Positions 37,694 to 46,728 of a stretch of 64,000 nucleotides of DNA are shown here, piece after piece; within the stretch, counting starts at the first letter, position 1; the number at the start of each line of letters is the position of its first letter. The translations under genes and the position numbers were made by a program. The notes beneath the pieces are model-generated. The model was not told where the DNA came from. It did not search any database and saw nothing but the letters and a program-made list of their open reading frames with translations. The stretch is from a virus. The stretch spans positions 8,682-72,681 of the IMG/VR virus record IMGVR_UViG_3300032278_000002. One strand, written 5' to 3'.

Positions 37694-40196
37694 TGAAAAT
37701 CCAGTACTAACCTACTCCATTGACGGGTTGATTCAAATCAACTTGATGGATGACCAACGAGTCGAGCTCGGCAAGGAGTGGTGTGAAAAACTCGAGTGCT
37801 TCGATGGCAAGATCGCCGAAGAAGTTATTCGTGAGCAATACTTGAGGGAACATGCTCAAGAAATAATAGATGCCTATAACGATGACTTGTTCAAGATAGC
37901 AGTATCAGTCGAGATCAAGTTGAACGTAGCGTTAAAGGCATACGGGAAAGCCTGCGCTCCATTGATGCCCCCAACTGACTATGAGCTCATCGCCTACGTG
38001 GATGGGTTGCAGAAGGGGTTGGTTTGTGACGACGCCGTATCCGGCATGTCGTTCACCAAGGGATGGACATATCCTGTCCGCACGGAATTCTTCGAGTATT
38101 CGGAGAAGTTCGTAGTCAATCGTCCTTATTACGATGAAAAGACCAAGAGCTATCTGAAAAAGAAGCACCGGATCAGCCGTAAAGGGAAGGATCGAGCCAT
38201 CGTTGTTCGGGACGACTTCGGCGAGGAGAACTACTTCTTGGAAAAGCCGACCCTGTTTCCAACGAGCCGGCTGCCCTCGAATGGGCAATACAGACTGCAC
38301 GACATCGATTGTATGTGGCTGGCTTTCCAACGGCCTAAGATATCCACGGTCAAGGAGACCTTGAGAGAAACGTATGATGATGTGATCAATCGGCTCGAGG
38401 TATATGAAATGATGTGCGGATTCGAATACTATGAAGGTCAGCGAGATTTCATTGCTCGCATGGCGTGCCGGGACTTCGGCATAGTGGGCGCCGCCTGCGG
38501 ATGCGGGAAATCCTTGATGGCTATCACATTGATGAAGGTGAAGGAGGATGCCTTGAAAATCTTACTCATAGCACCGGCATCAACTGTGACCAGCGGAAAT
38601 GGGTACACTCCCGCTCAATGGGCGCAAGAGTTTGCCGACTTCGCTCCCGACATCAACACCTTCGAGTTGTTCTCGTTCGATCACTACGAGTTGTTGAAGA
38701 AACGGTACAAGGGCAAGCTGCCCCCCGGAGTGTACATCACTTACCCCGAAGCCATGTTTACTTCGGGCGCTCGGGAGTACTTACCGCAAACATGGAAAGA
38801 GGAAGGCCGAAAGGATCCTTGGCTGGTCGAACGAAAGTTCCGGAAAATCATGAAGATGCCGCCTGTGGACGAGGACAATCTCATACATGAGGAGCAGTAT
38901 CACAAGGGGCTTGGACAAACTTGCGGAGAAGGGGAGATACTCTGCGTTGCGAAACCTAGTCTGAGTTCGGTGGTGTCCCAAGAACAAGGCGACTTCGACA
39001 TGATCGTATTGGACGAGGCCCACACCGTGGCGGCGAACATAAAGTCACAGAGAGGTCGCGCGTTCCTTCGAATGCAGTCAAAGTACCGGTACTGCCTATC
39101 GGCTACTCCCATTCCCAATAATATTGGCGACTTGTTCGGGATAATGGGATGGGTCACCGTTCCCAAGTGGTACAGGGGGAACAAGCGCTCAGTTAGCTTC
39201 CCTTACTCAATTGAGCAAAAGGGTAACTTCGAATCCGCTTACTTGACCTACGAAGATGACTTGACCGCCACCATGCGAGCATCGGTCAAATATGTCAAAG
39301 GTCGGCAAAGAAGAGTGCGAAGACGGTCCAACATAGTGAGTCAACCCACTAGCCTGCTCAAACTACTGAAGCCTACCATTGGATATGTTGACAAAAGCGA
39401 CTGTCGGAACGACATGCCCAAATGTATCATCAATGAAGTTAGGGTTCCGTTGGGACAAATACAAGCGCGGGCGTACCACATTGCCAAGAGTATGGCGAGA
39501 GGGGCCTTTGCCCGATACAGCCAGCTTAGGCAAGTGTGCGCGGACCCTTCCGCTTATGGATCGCCTCCGGAAAATCCAAAAACCATGACCGTGCTGCAAT
39601 TAGCGCTGCAGTGTCTCGAGAAGCACGAGCAGGTGGTAATCGTGTCGGCACGCCACGGAATGACCAACGCGTTGGAGGAAAAATTCTGGGAGTCTGGAGT
39701 AACGACTTCTCGATTGGACGGGTCTATGTCGTCGAGAATGCAAAGCCAAGAATCACAGGATTTCAAGGATCAACGAACACAGATTATGTTGATGGGAATC
39801 AAATGTGCGATGGGTCATTCCTACCCGCAGTGCCCCAACTTGATATGTACGAGCTTGGAGTGGAGTTACGGCACCAAGGAACAAGCCTTCGGGCGTGTGT
39901 TCAGAGTCAACTCTCCCAAGACAGTCAATATCTGGTGTGTGCTGCATGCGGAATCCATCGAGGATACCATGTTCTCCCGAGTCAGCGACAAACAGGAGTC
40001 AGCATTGCTCTGTCTCCATGGAAAACGAATGACTCGCACACCCAAGTTCTCCACACCGGAGGACATCTTGGCGGAACACCTCATTGATTACGCCGCCGGG
40101 GAAACGATAGATGAACAAGTTTGCATAAGGGAATGGCCGTCCTTACGCACCAAGCTTGCCGATGCGGCCCAAATATTCGACCCAACACTAGCATGA
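37683..40196 (+). CDS. SNF2-family helicase with long N-terminal extension
   Basis: GCGKS, LDEAH, SATPIPN, RLDGS, QAFGRVFRV. Confidence 0.88.
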   Translation: MITNENPVLTYSIDGLIQINLMDDQRVELGKEWCEKLECFDGKIAEEVIREQYLREHAQEIIDAYNDDLFKIAVSVEIKLNVALKAYGKACAPLMPPTDYELIAYVDGLQKGLVCDDAVSGMSFTKGWTYPVRTEFFEYSEKFVVNRPYYDEKTKSYLKKKHRISRKGKDRAIVVRDDFGEENYFLEKPTLFPTSRLPSNGQYRLHDIDCMWLAFQRPKISTVKETLRETYDDVINRLEVYEMMCGFEYYEGQRDFIARMACRDFGIVGAACGCGKSLMAITLMKVKEDALKILLIAPASTVTSGNGYTPAQWAQEFADFAPDINTFELFSFDHYELLKKRYKGKLPPGVYITYPEAMFTSGAREYLPQTWKEEGRKDPWLVERKFRKIMKMPPVDEDNLIHEEQYHKGLGQTCGEGEILCVAKPSLSSVVSQEQGDFDMIVLDEAHTVAANIKSQRGRAFLRMQSKYRYCLSATPIPNNIGDLFGIMGWVTVPKWYRGNKRSVSFPYSIEQKGNFESAYLTYEDDLTATMRASVKYVKGRQRRVRRRSNIVSQPTSLLKLLKPTIGYVDKSDCRNDMPKCIINEVRVPLGQIQARAYHIAKSMARGAFARYSQLRQVCADPSAYGSPPENPKTMTVLQLALQCLEKHEQVVIVSARHGMTNALEEKFWESGVTTSRLDGSMSSRMQSQESQDFKDQRTQIMLMGIKCAMGHSYPQCPNLICTSLEWSYGTKEQAFGRVFRVNSPKTVNIWCVLHAESIEDTMFSRVSDKQESALLCLHGKRMTRTPKFSTPEDILAEHLIDYAAGETIDEQVCIREWPSLRTKLADAAQIFDPTLA

Positions 40197-41212
40197 GTAT
40201 TAACAAAGCAGTTAACGCGTGGTCCGAATGGTTGGGGGAGACTCTCTCCCCCGCCCTTCGGGACACATATGAAAAACGACTGAAAGCTTTCGCCAAGAGG
40301 CGGAAGCTCAAGGACGTCACTTGGAAAACCATCAACCAGTTTCTGAGAGACAAAGGCAAACGCGGGTTGAAGTACAGTACGATCAAGCAATATATCAGCG
40401 CTTTGAAAAGCTTCTGCAAATTTGCTTACGCCGAGGGCTTGCTGGACAAAGACCCGTCTTCACTGATAAAGATACGGCCGCAAACCTTAGCCATACGACA
40501 GCTCGAGGATGAGCCGCGTGTTCCGTTCACCTACGACGAGTATGAGTCAATCTTGGCGTACGTCACGATGTGGGAACATGGGGCAAAGCAGATGAAGACA
40601 CGGCAATGGGCCACCTTCTGGAAGATTGCGGTTCCCTTGTCGTACTGGACGGGAGTTCGTCTGCATGACTGCGCTTGCCTCGAGGTAGGTAATTTCTATT
40701 ACGAGTTGTTTGACTACGAGCTGCCGAAATTTGCAGGCATGCTTTTTTGGACGAAGAAGAGAAACAAGAGGGTCTTTCTACCACTGGATAATCCGCTGAT
40801 AGGTCACCGTCATTTGGTGGACATACCGAACCAATTGAAAAGAAGGTCATGGATCGCCGCCGCCTCCGGTGCAGTATCCCACCAATACGGAAATGCCGAG
40901 AAACTGGACGATCTCAACGGGGAGTTCTATTTCCCCCTGCAATATAGACTTATCGACTCTCCTCAAAGAAACCAATTCTCCCAGCGATTCAAAAGAATCA
41001 CCGACTCGTTGGGCATCCATGGAAAAAGTTTCCATTGCCTAAGGCATTCGTTCGCCACCCGCTTGGAAGAAGCTGGCGTAACTTACGAGGATATCGCTAG
41101 ATTTATTGGACATGGTCAAACGATAACCACCCAAGGGTATTGCCACGGGCAAGAGTTGCCCGATTTAGGTATCCCGAACCAAGCTAGAAAATTCTTCAAC
41201 CCGAAATACTGA
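40193..41212 (+). CDS. Tyrosine recombinase/integrase
   Basis: TGVR, K, FHCLRHSFATRL, IGH, TTQGY; start re-assigned (ATGA overlap). Confidence 0.92.
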   Translation: MSINKAVNAWSEWLGETLSPALRDTYEKRLKAFAKRRKLKDVTWKTINQFLRDKGKRGLKYSTIKQYISALKSFCKFAYAEGLLDKDPSSLIKIRPQTLAIRQLEDEPRVPFTYDEYESILAYVTMWEHGAKQMKTRQWATFWKIAVPLSYWTGVRLHDCACLEVGNFYYELFDYELPKFAGMLFWTKKRNKRVFLPLDNPLIGHRHLVDIPNQLKRRSWIAAASGAVSHQYGNAEKLDDLNGEFYFPLQYRLIDSPQRNQFSQRFKRITDSLGIHGKSFHCLRHSFATRLEEAGVTYEDIARFIGHGQTITTQGYCHGQELPDLGIPNQARKFFNPKY

Positions 41213-41481
41213 TGACTAAAGTAAACTACAAAGTAGGCACCCGCTACCCGTATCGCTGTTCTAACTGCGGACACTCGGGACGTGCGCGCCGTCGATATCA
41301 CTGTTCCAACTGCGGACGCACGGGGCATAACAAAAGGAACTGCCCGGAACCGGAAAACAAATACAGCTGGGTTTTGACAAAGGAGTACGAGAAATATCGC
41401 GTATTCATAAGAAGTTTGCCAACATGGATGACAAGCCGATTTCCGATATGGCATCCGAAGAACCCGAGGAATGTAACATGA
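41212..41481 (+). CDS. CCHC zinc-knuckle protein
   Basis: CSNCGRTGHNKRNC = CX2CX4HX4C, plus a degenerate upstream copy. Confidence 0.65.
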   Translation: MTKVNYKVGTRYPYRCSNCGHSGRARRRYHCSNCGRTGHNKRNCPEPENKYSWVLTKEYEKYRVFIRSLPTWMTSRFPIWHPKNPRNVT

Positions 41482-41690
41482 ACATAGACATCTACTTACA
41501 CGACCCAAAAGCCCACGACTCGTACTACGCTTTGCCGAAATGCATAGATTGCGATGAGGAATTGGACGAAGATCCGCAAGAACTACCGGATCCCGTTCGA
41601 TGTCCGGATTGTCATGCTAATTCGGATAACGTTCTTGATGATACCGAAGAAATAATAGATGCCTTGACGGCTCAAGGTCGGTATCCTTGA
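41478..41690 (+). CDS. Acidic Zn-ribbon protein
   Basis: CIDC...CPDC; start re-assigned. Confidence 0.55.
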   Translation: MNIDIYLHDPKAHDSYYALPKCIDCDEELDEDPQELPDPVRCPDCHANSDNVLDDTEEIIDALTAQGRYP

Positions 41691-41709
41691 GGTTGCGTTG
41701 TGGTTACGC

Positions 41710-41744
41710 GCCCGTCCCTCTTCGGAGGGGCGGGCTTTTTTTTT
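41710..41744 (+). terminator. Early-region terminator
   Basis: 11-bp GC stem, cUUCGg loop, T9. Confidence 0.9.
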
Positions 41745-41772
41745 GCTTTGATTCCAAAGGAAGCTCCATTGT

Positions 41773-41801
41773 TTGACGAATCATGCCTTCGATGGTAGAA
41801 T
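41773..41801 (+). promoter_or_regulatory. Sigma70-type promoter
   Basis: TTGACG-17 bp-TAGAAT with extended TG. Confidence 0.75.
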
Positions 41802-41808
41802 ACTCTTT

Positions 41809-41878
41809 GTCTAGTTTGCCTTCGCTCTCGCGGCTGTCGCTACGCCAGACTTGCCGGCCGGGAGCGGAGGTTTTTTTT
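41809..41878 (+). ncRNA. Putative ~70-nt sRNA
   Basis: Between the promoter and T8; 12-bp stem with plus-strand G-U pairs and inner stems; no ORF. Confidence 0.65.
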
Positions 41879-41887
41879 GGATTTTTT

Positions 41888-41904
41888 TTGGTGTCCACAG
41901 GTCA
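41888..41904 (-). repeat. Inverted copy of the early-region motif (TGACCTGTGGACACCAA)
   Basis: 16/17 identical to 24205-24221. Confidence 0.8.
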
Positions 41905-42651
41905 ACACAACAGGAATGCGACGGCCCACAAATCCTCTACCTCGTTTAGGTTGTGCCGTAAGTAATCGGGCTCCGCATCCCGTGGCTGGTGTGATGCCGC
42001 ACGGCCTCTGCTCATCTTATGGACATATTCTTCTCTAGTTTTGCAAAAATAATGGTTTATCTGCGCCACGTCGTCTGGCCCGTCGGGATTGAAGGGACCA
42101 CGACCGACATGTAAATTCGTATCAACCCATTTGAGATTAGAATAATGAGGGTTTCTATACACGGGATTCTTACTTAGCTTGACCATTGTTTTTACGTGCT
42201 TATTAACCCCGATACCCCTTTTCGTGAACCTATCTATAACACTATAATTCCCTTTTGAGACTTCTTTATGCCCGTTGTTTCCGAAGATATGCCAATTCAC
42301 CGCAATGCTATCGTACTCCCCATAGCATTGAATGAAATTTTTAATGGAATCGTGTTTCTTTAGGACGAGAAACTCATCGACGTCTATGAAACATGCCCAA
42401 TCATAATTCCCTTTATTCGATTCGATGAAAAGGTTATAAGCCTTCATCTGCGGTCGCTCCAATATGGGCTTATGGGCAGCGGTCTTCCCGTCATGTTCAA
42501 CCAAATGGACGTTTTCCCCGATTACCCCCTCAGCTCTCCATTCGTTTTGATAAATCCATATATCGTCAAACCCCAGAGCGGTATGATAATCAACCCATTC
42601 TTGGATATAATGGTCTTCGTTTTTGGCTATACATACCAAAGCTAATTTCAT
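41902..42651 (-). CDS. Glycosyltransferase (GT92/GT2-like, GT-A fold)
   Basis: CIAKNEDHYIQEWVDYH..LGFD, FIDVDEFL, INHYFCK. Confidence 0.85.
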   Translation of the reverse strand: MKLALVCIAKNEDHYIQEWVDYHTALGFDDIWIYQNEWRAEGVIGENVHLVEHDGKTAAHKPILERPQMKAYNLFIESNKGNYDWACFIDVDEFLVLKKHDSIKNFIQCYGEYDSIAVNWHIFGNNGHKEVSKGNYSVIDRFTKRGIGVNKHVKTMVKLSKNPVYRNPHYSNLKWVDTNLHVGRGPFNPDGPDDVAQINHYFCKTREEYVHKMSRGRAASHQPRDAEPDYLRHNLNEVEDLWAVAFLLC

Positions 42652-43331
42652 AGTTCCTCCATGTCCGGATAAAGGTCTAATATATGTGGGTCATTAACTA
42701 GTTGTTGTTTTTGGATTTCACTTAAATCAATTTTTGAAATATCATTATTTGATACAAAGGGTTGGTTAATTTGCCAAGTTCTCAATTCCTCGTGGTCTTT
42801 ATCCTTGGGTTTTTTAACTGGTAGTTTAACACCGGAGTGAGAAACATTCGTATATTTGGTATTATCAAATATAGTATCATCATAGTTTAGACCAATATCG
42901 TCTAGTATTATTTTTAATGCTTGATGCTCATTTTTAAAGAGGTCTTCATATTTAATAGTATATATATCTTTTTCCGGATTATCTCTATAATTGATAAACC
43001 GTTTTACGATACTAATATATTTTGCAATTGTGGGCCGGACCCGCTGGTGCCGAGGGATGGCATTCGCAAATCGTTTATTTATTGATGAAAAAACAAATAG
43101 TGGATTACGAATAATAAATATTTTTATATAATCTTCGTAGTCTTCACCAAAAAATTTAAGGTCCGCTCGTGGATATTTACACATTAAATACGGCTTATCC
43201 GTACTCTTGCTATACAAGATTGCCTTGGTTCTTTCATCGTCAATTTCTTCAACGTCTTCTATATGCCCTATTATTGATTTCAAAATAGTGGTTCCACAAT
43301 GGGGAAATCCGGTGATTATGATTTTTTGCAT
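42648..43331 (-). CDS. Sulfotransferase
   Basis: PAPS motifs ITGFPHCGTTIL, IRNP...SS, IKYEDL; visibly AT-rich. Confidence 0.8.
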   Translation of the reverse strand: MQKIIITGFPHCGTTILKSIIGHIEDVEEIDDERTKAILYSKSTDKPYLMCKYPRADLKFFGEDYEDYIKIFIIRNPLFVFSSINKRFANAIPRHQRVRPTIAKYISIVKRFINYRDNPEKDIYTIKYEDLFKNEHQALKIILDDIGLNYDDTIFDNTKYTNVSHSGVKLPVKKPKDKDHEELRTWQINQPFVSNNDISKIDLSEIQKQQLVNDPHILDLYPDMEEL

Positions 43332-44041
43332 AATCTCCTTAGTCGGTCTGTCTCTGGGATTAGTTTACTAAAGAGTCGGCGAGTGGCTGGCCCCAGCCAA
43401 GGTTTGTGCAATCCGAACGGGATGTCCTCGTCAACATATCCATGGTCCCAAGAAAAACGCTTACTATCCCGACCAAGGTCCGGGTGGTGCATGAATGCTC
43501 TACTATAAAACCTATCTTCGGGCTCTATCCCGCCACTTTTGAGTTTTAGATTGAGTTTCAGAGTAGGTTTCGGAACGTCGAGCATCGCCTTTTTCCGCCT
43601 AAGAGACAAGCCCCCGTTCATAAAGGGGGGTTCCCCGGCGCGAGCGAGATTTCCATTCTTAGTTCCCGCCGCCGGAACCCCTCCGATATAATCATAATGC
43701 TCGAAATCCGATATTTTATACTTTGAATCCTTACATAGCATCGTATCCGTCTGGAACATAAGAATCAAATCCCCGTGGCATTTCTCCCAAAAGTCATTAC
43801 TAAGGAGGAGAATACTATAATCGTGCATGGTGCGCGTGTAGGGCACATCGGGTATTTTGTCCCAATGAATCTTCCTGCCATGACGAATAGGGAGGTCGCG
43901 CACCAACTGTCGACGGACGTAGTCATCCGTATGGAAAATCTGGAACTCCCACTCCTTCGGGAGTATTGACATGAAGTTGTCCACAACGAACCCAAGGGCG
44001 GGATGCACCCGCGTTTCAACGATTGTTGCGACTTTTCTCAT
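43316..44041 (-). CDS. DUF5672 putative glycosyltransferase
   Basis: IVETR.HP, FQTD, YDYIGG, NGGLSLR, EDRFY, PFGLHKPW. Confidence 0.8.
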   Translation of the reverse strand: MRKVATIVETRVHPALGFVVDNFMSILPKEWEFQIFHTDDYVRRQLVRDLPIRHGRKIHWDKIPDVPYTRTMHDYSILLLSNDFWEKCHGDLILMFQTDTMLCKDSKYKISDFEHYDYIGGVPAAGTKNGNLARAGEPPFMNGGLSLRRKKAMLDVPKPTLKLNLKLKSGGIEPEDRFYSRAFMHHPDLGRDSKRFSWDHGYVDEDIPFGLHKPWLGPATRRLFSKLIPETDRLRRLCKKS

Positions 44042-44874
44042 AACGAGTTGAGGAATTGTATGTATTTTTTTGGAGATTGCCCAGCGAAGTTATTGATGCA
44101 TAGGAAGGGTGTGTTTCTTTTCCTTTTGTATTCGTTTTCCATCAAGTCGTGATACCCGAGATACTCTGTCATGCGGTACCCCCTCCCATCGTTTATGATT
44201 TGAGTAAAGTGGTCGCTTGCAAGCGAATGGATTGCGTCAGTTCCCCCCAACCAATTCTTCCCCCTAACCACATCCGAACACGCTGTATGGATGAGCTGCG
44301 GATAATTCCTCCTCATCTCGCGGCACGCGGATTGACTTAGAATGTGGGGCATATGGGAGTTAAAGAACTCCCAACCCGGATTGGCCCCAAGTAGGAGGGA
44401 CTGCATTTGACCCCAACTACCCTTACCAATTTTCTTTTTATGGGGGAACCCGTAACAAGCGAGCTTCCCCTCGGCTTGGAAGACGTCGGGTTCGATGTCC
44501 TTGGTTAGGAAAATATCATCATCCCAAGATATGAACGTCTCCGAGAGGTTGGGGATAAGGTCTTGGTAAAGTTGCAGGGGGTCACTATTAAACGTTGGAT
44601 AATACTCTTCCGGTAGGTAGTCCCGAACATCCACGATTTCACAAGGCAACCCGGGGATGTCTTGGTCATCCGTGACCACTATCTTCCTTCCCTTGTGCCA
44701 AGGCATGTATTTGTAGCAACTTGCTACGGAGCTTTGCAATTCGTTGGCTACCGTGGAGTATCGGTCCACGTTCGGCTTACGCCCAGTGGCTTCGGTGAAC
44801 CTCTTAGCCCACTTGGGGTCACTCATGTCCACGGTAACCCACACGCAGTCTGCGGATATGATGTCCTCAATCAT
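44038..44874 (-). CDS. Stealth-family hexose-1-phosphate transferase
   Basis: CR1 DCVWVTVDMSDPKW; CR2 ELQSSVAS..YMPW, PTFNS, IPNLSETFISWDDDIF; CR3 HMPH; CR4 FLCINN. Confidence 0.85.
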   Translation of the reverse strand: MIEDIISADCVWVTVDMSDPKWAKRFTEATGRKPNVDRYSTVANELQSSVASCYKYMPWHKGRKIVVTDDQDIPGLPCEIVDVRDYLPEEYYPTFNSDPLQLYQDLIPNLSETFISWDDDIFLTKDIEPDVFQAEGKLACYGFPHKKKIGKGSWGQMQSLLLGANPGWEFFNSHMPHILSQSACREMRRNYPQLIHTACSDVVRGKNWLGGTDAIHSLASDHFTQIINDGRGYRMTEYLGYHDLMENEYKRKRNTPFLCINNFAGQSPKKYIQFLNSL

Positions 44875-45676
44875 TTACATTTCGAACCCCCTCTACGAAT
44901 TTAAATATATCCAAATGGTAATGCGCCAAGTAGTACAGGACACGGTTCATCATTTCCCGGTACACTTTTTCCAACCCCGGGTCTGCGTTCACGAACATGT
45001 GGTTAGTTAAGTGAGCGTGAAATGAAATCACCTTCATGGGCTCTGGTGCCATTATACTGCCGTCTTTTAGTTTGAATCGCCAAAAACCTAGGTTGTGGGA
45101 AGGGGAGAATCTCCCTATGTCAAACTCCTCGTGGAAATGAATCATGCCTTGTTGTTCGTAAAAATTGGATCGGTCGCGGTAGATTTCCCGCCAAAAGTCA
45201 GGTAAGCCTAAATCCGCGCAAAATAAGTAACCCGCGTTGTAGTAGCCATATACTTTCCGGTTTTTCTCAGGCTCGTTCCCGTGGTAATGGGGGGACAGCA
45301 TGACGGGGTGGGTCAACTTCGTGTCCAAGGGGGCCACTGACACGATGTCGGCATCTAAAAACAGGGTGTTGCCATACGTCAAAATAGCCCGCTCCAATGC
45401 GTCCATTTTCTTGGCGATGCAATCCACTCGGTGGTACTTGTTCCTTTCCTTCACGCCTTCATATTCCTCGGCTGCCGCCAACAAATCCGGAGGATCGGCA
45501 TCCACGTCGAAAACGATGTCGGGGAAATTGAATGGAGCTATGAAATCCTCGGTAACACCGTCGCAAAGGAGGTAGATCGGCTGATCATGAAATTTGCGAA
45601 GAGAGAACAGTAGAATGGCCGCTTCTTCTTTCATTTCCTCCGTGGCCACTAAGGAAAAGGACTCCAGCGTATACAT
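44867..45676 (-). CDS. Glycosyltransferase (GT8/nucleotide-diphospho-sugar transferase-like)
   Basis: LFLDADIV, YNAGYLF, FYEQ, FHAH. Confidence 0.75.
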   Translation of the reverse strand: MYTLESFSLVATEEMKEEAAILLFSLRKFHDQPIYLLCDGVTEDFIAPFNFPDIVFDVDADPPDLLAAAEEYEGVKERNKYHRVDCIAKKMDALERAILTYGNTLFLDADIVSVAPLDTKLTHPVMLSPHYHGNEPEKNRKVYGYYNAGYLFCADLGLPDFWREIYRDRSNFYEQQGMIHFHEEFDIGRFSPSHNLGFWRFKLKDGSIMAPEPMKVISFHAHLTNHMFVNADPGLEKVYREMMNRVLYYLAHYHLDIFKFVEGVRNVND

Positions 45677-45706
45677 GGGATTACTATCCTCGAGCAGTTG
45701 CCACGG

Positions 45707-46132
45707 TCAACGAAAAAAGTCCCAATCCTCCCGGAACTGTTCGTAGTATCCTTTGGAGCCGCCTTCGGTGGTCGGATACAACCAAACCGAGCATGACTTG
45801 ATCTTGAGGCAAGGGACTAGATACCACGTATCCACAGGTTCGATGTATGCGGCCAACACGTCTACTTTTGAACAATCCAAAGGCACCTTGGCTTTGCTAC
45901 CCCTTGCACGACCAGCGGTTATGCGGTATCGAGGGTTACTGCGTTGTTCGGCTTTTGCGTTGGCGGTACCCTTGACCTGCACTCTGAAAGCAGTGCCGGC
46001 CGCATTGCTTACCATTATGTCATGGGGTAGGAAATCTCCTATCGTGAGGTGAGGTTCAAACCCCTCCCTCAAAGCACGTACTATGAATATTTGTTCATAT
46101 ATCGTCCCCGCTCTCTTGGTCTCCGATGTCAT
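45707..46132 (-). CDS. PD-(D/E)XK endonuclease (PDDEXK_5-like)
   Basis: G..YE..F, PHDIMV, RVQVKGT, VDVLAAY..WYLVP. Confidence 0.75.
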   Translation of the reverse strand: MTSETKRAGTIYEQIFIVRALREGFEPHLTIGDFLPHDIMVSNAAGTAFRVQVKGTANAKAEQRSNPRYRITAGRARGSKAKVPLDCSKVDVLAAYIEPVDTWYLVPCLKIKSCSVWLYPTTEGGSKGYYEQFREDWDFFR

Positions 46133-46313
46133 CAAATATATTTGGGTCAGCTTCAAAAGTTATATCGCCATCTTCTTCTCCTTCGCAGCGAAAAGCGTTC
46201 AGAGCCTCCACTGCAGCTAATATCAACTCGTCGTCCTCCAGATCGGACTCTTGTTTCCATCGCCCTATCAAATTCCTGAACTCGTGCTTGAATTGCTTAG
46301 TGGCGAATTTCAT
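46095..46313 (-). CDS. Small acidic hypothetical protein
   Basis: 72 aa, coupled to neighbours. Confidence 0.55.
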   Translation of the reverse strand: MKFATKQFKHEFRNLIGRWKQESDLEDDELILAAVEALNAFRCEGEEDGDITFEADPNIFDDIGDQESGDDI

Positions 46314-46564
46314 TTTCCCGCTCCCAACTTTCCAAGCCTGTCATAGAGTTTGATACAGTCCTCTCGCCTGTCTTCCATTAATTTATGGGCCACCGCCCAT
46401 CGTTCGCAATCCCGTACGTCGTTCTTGGCCAAAAGCATCTCCAAAGTCCCTATCCTTTTACTCATGTCCTCGGTTTTACGAGCTTCCTTTTTAAGGAAGA
46501 AACCGAGAACGCTGATAGCAACCCCCACTCCCAAGAACACGTATGAGGAAAACCCATCCATCAT
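46310..46564 (-). CDS. TM plus coiled-coil protein (lysis-associated?)
   Basis: MMDGFSSYVFLGVGVAISVLGFFLKK...; start re-assigned. Confidence 0.55.
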   Translation of the reverse strand: MMDGFSSYVFLGVGVAISVLGFFLKKEARKTEDMSKRIGTLEMLLAKNDVRDCERWAVAHKLMEDRREDCIKLYDRLGKLGAGK

Positions 46565-46728
46565 TTGTTTTTCCACATTCGGATTAACGACCAAGACATG
46601 AACGTAATTGTAAGTATGCCAGACGCAAAAGCAAGGTACGGGTTGATTTGAGTGAGCCACCAAGTAGCACCGGACCCCGTGGCCCCCAAAGCTCCTATGC
46701 CAGCGATTCCACTAATCGTGTCGTTCAT
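46561..46728 (-). CDS. Putative holin (two hydrophobic segments, 55 aa)
   Basis: Manual translation: MNDTISGIAGIGAFGATGSGATWWLTQINPYLAFASGILTITFMSWSLIRMWKNK; ATGA overlaps on both sides. Confidence 0.5.
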   Translation of the reverse strand: MNDTISGIAGIGALGATGSGATWWLTQINPYLAFASGILTITFMSWSLIRMWKNK

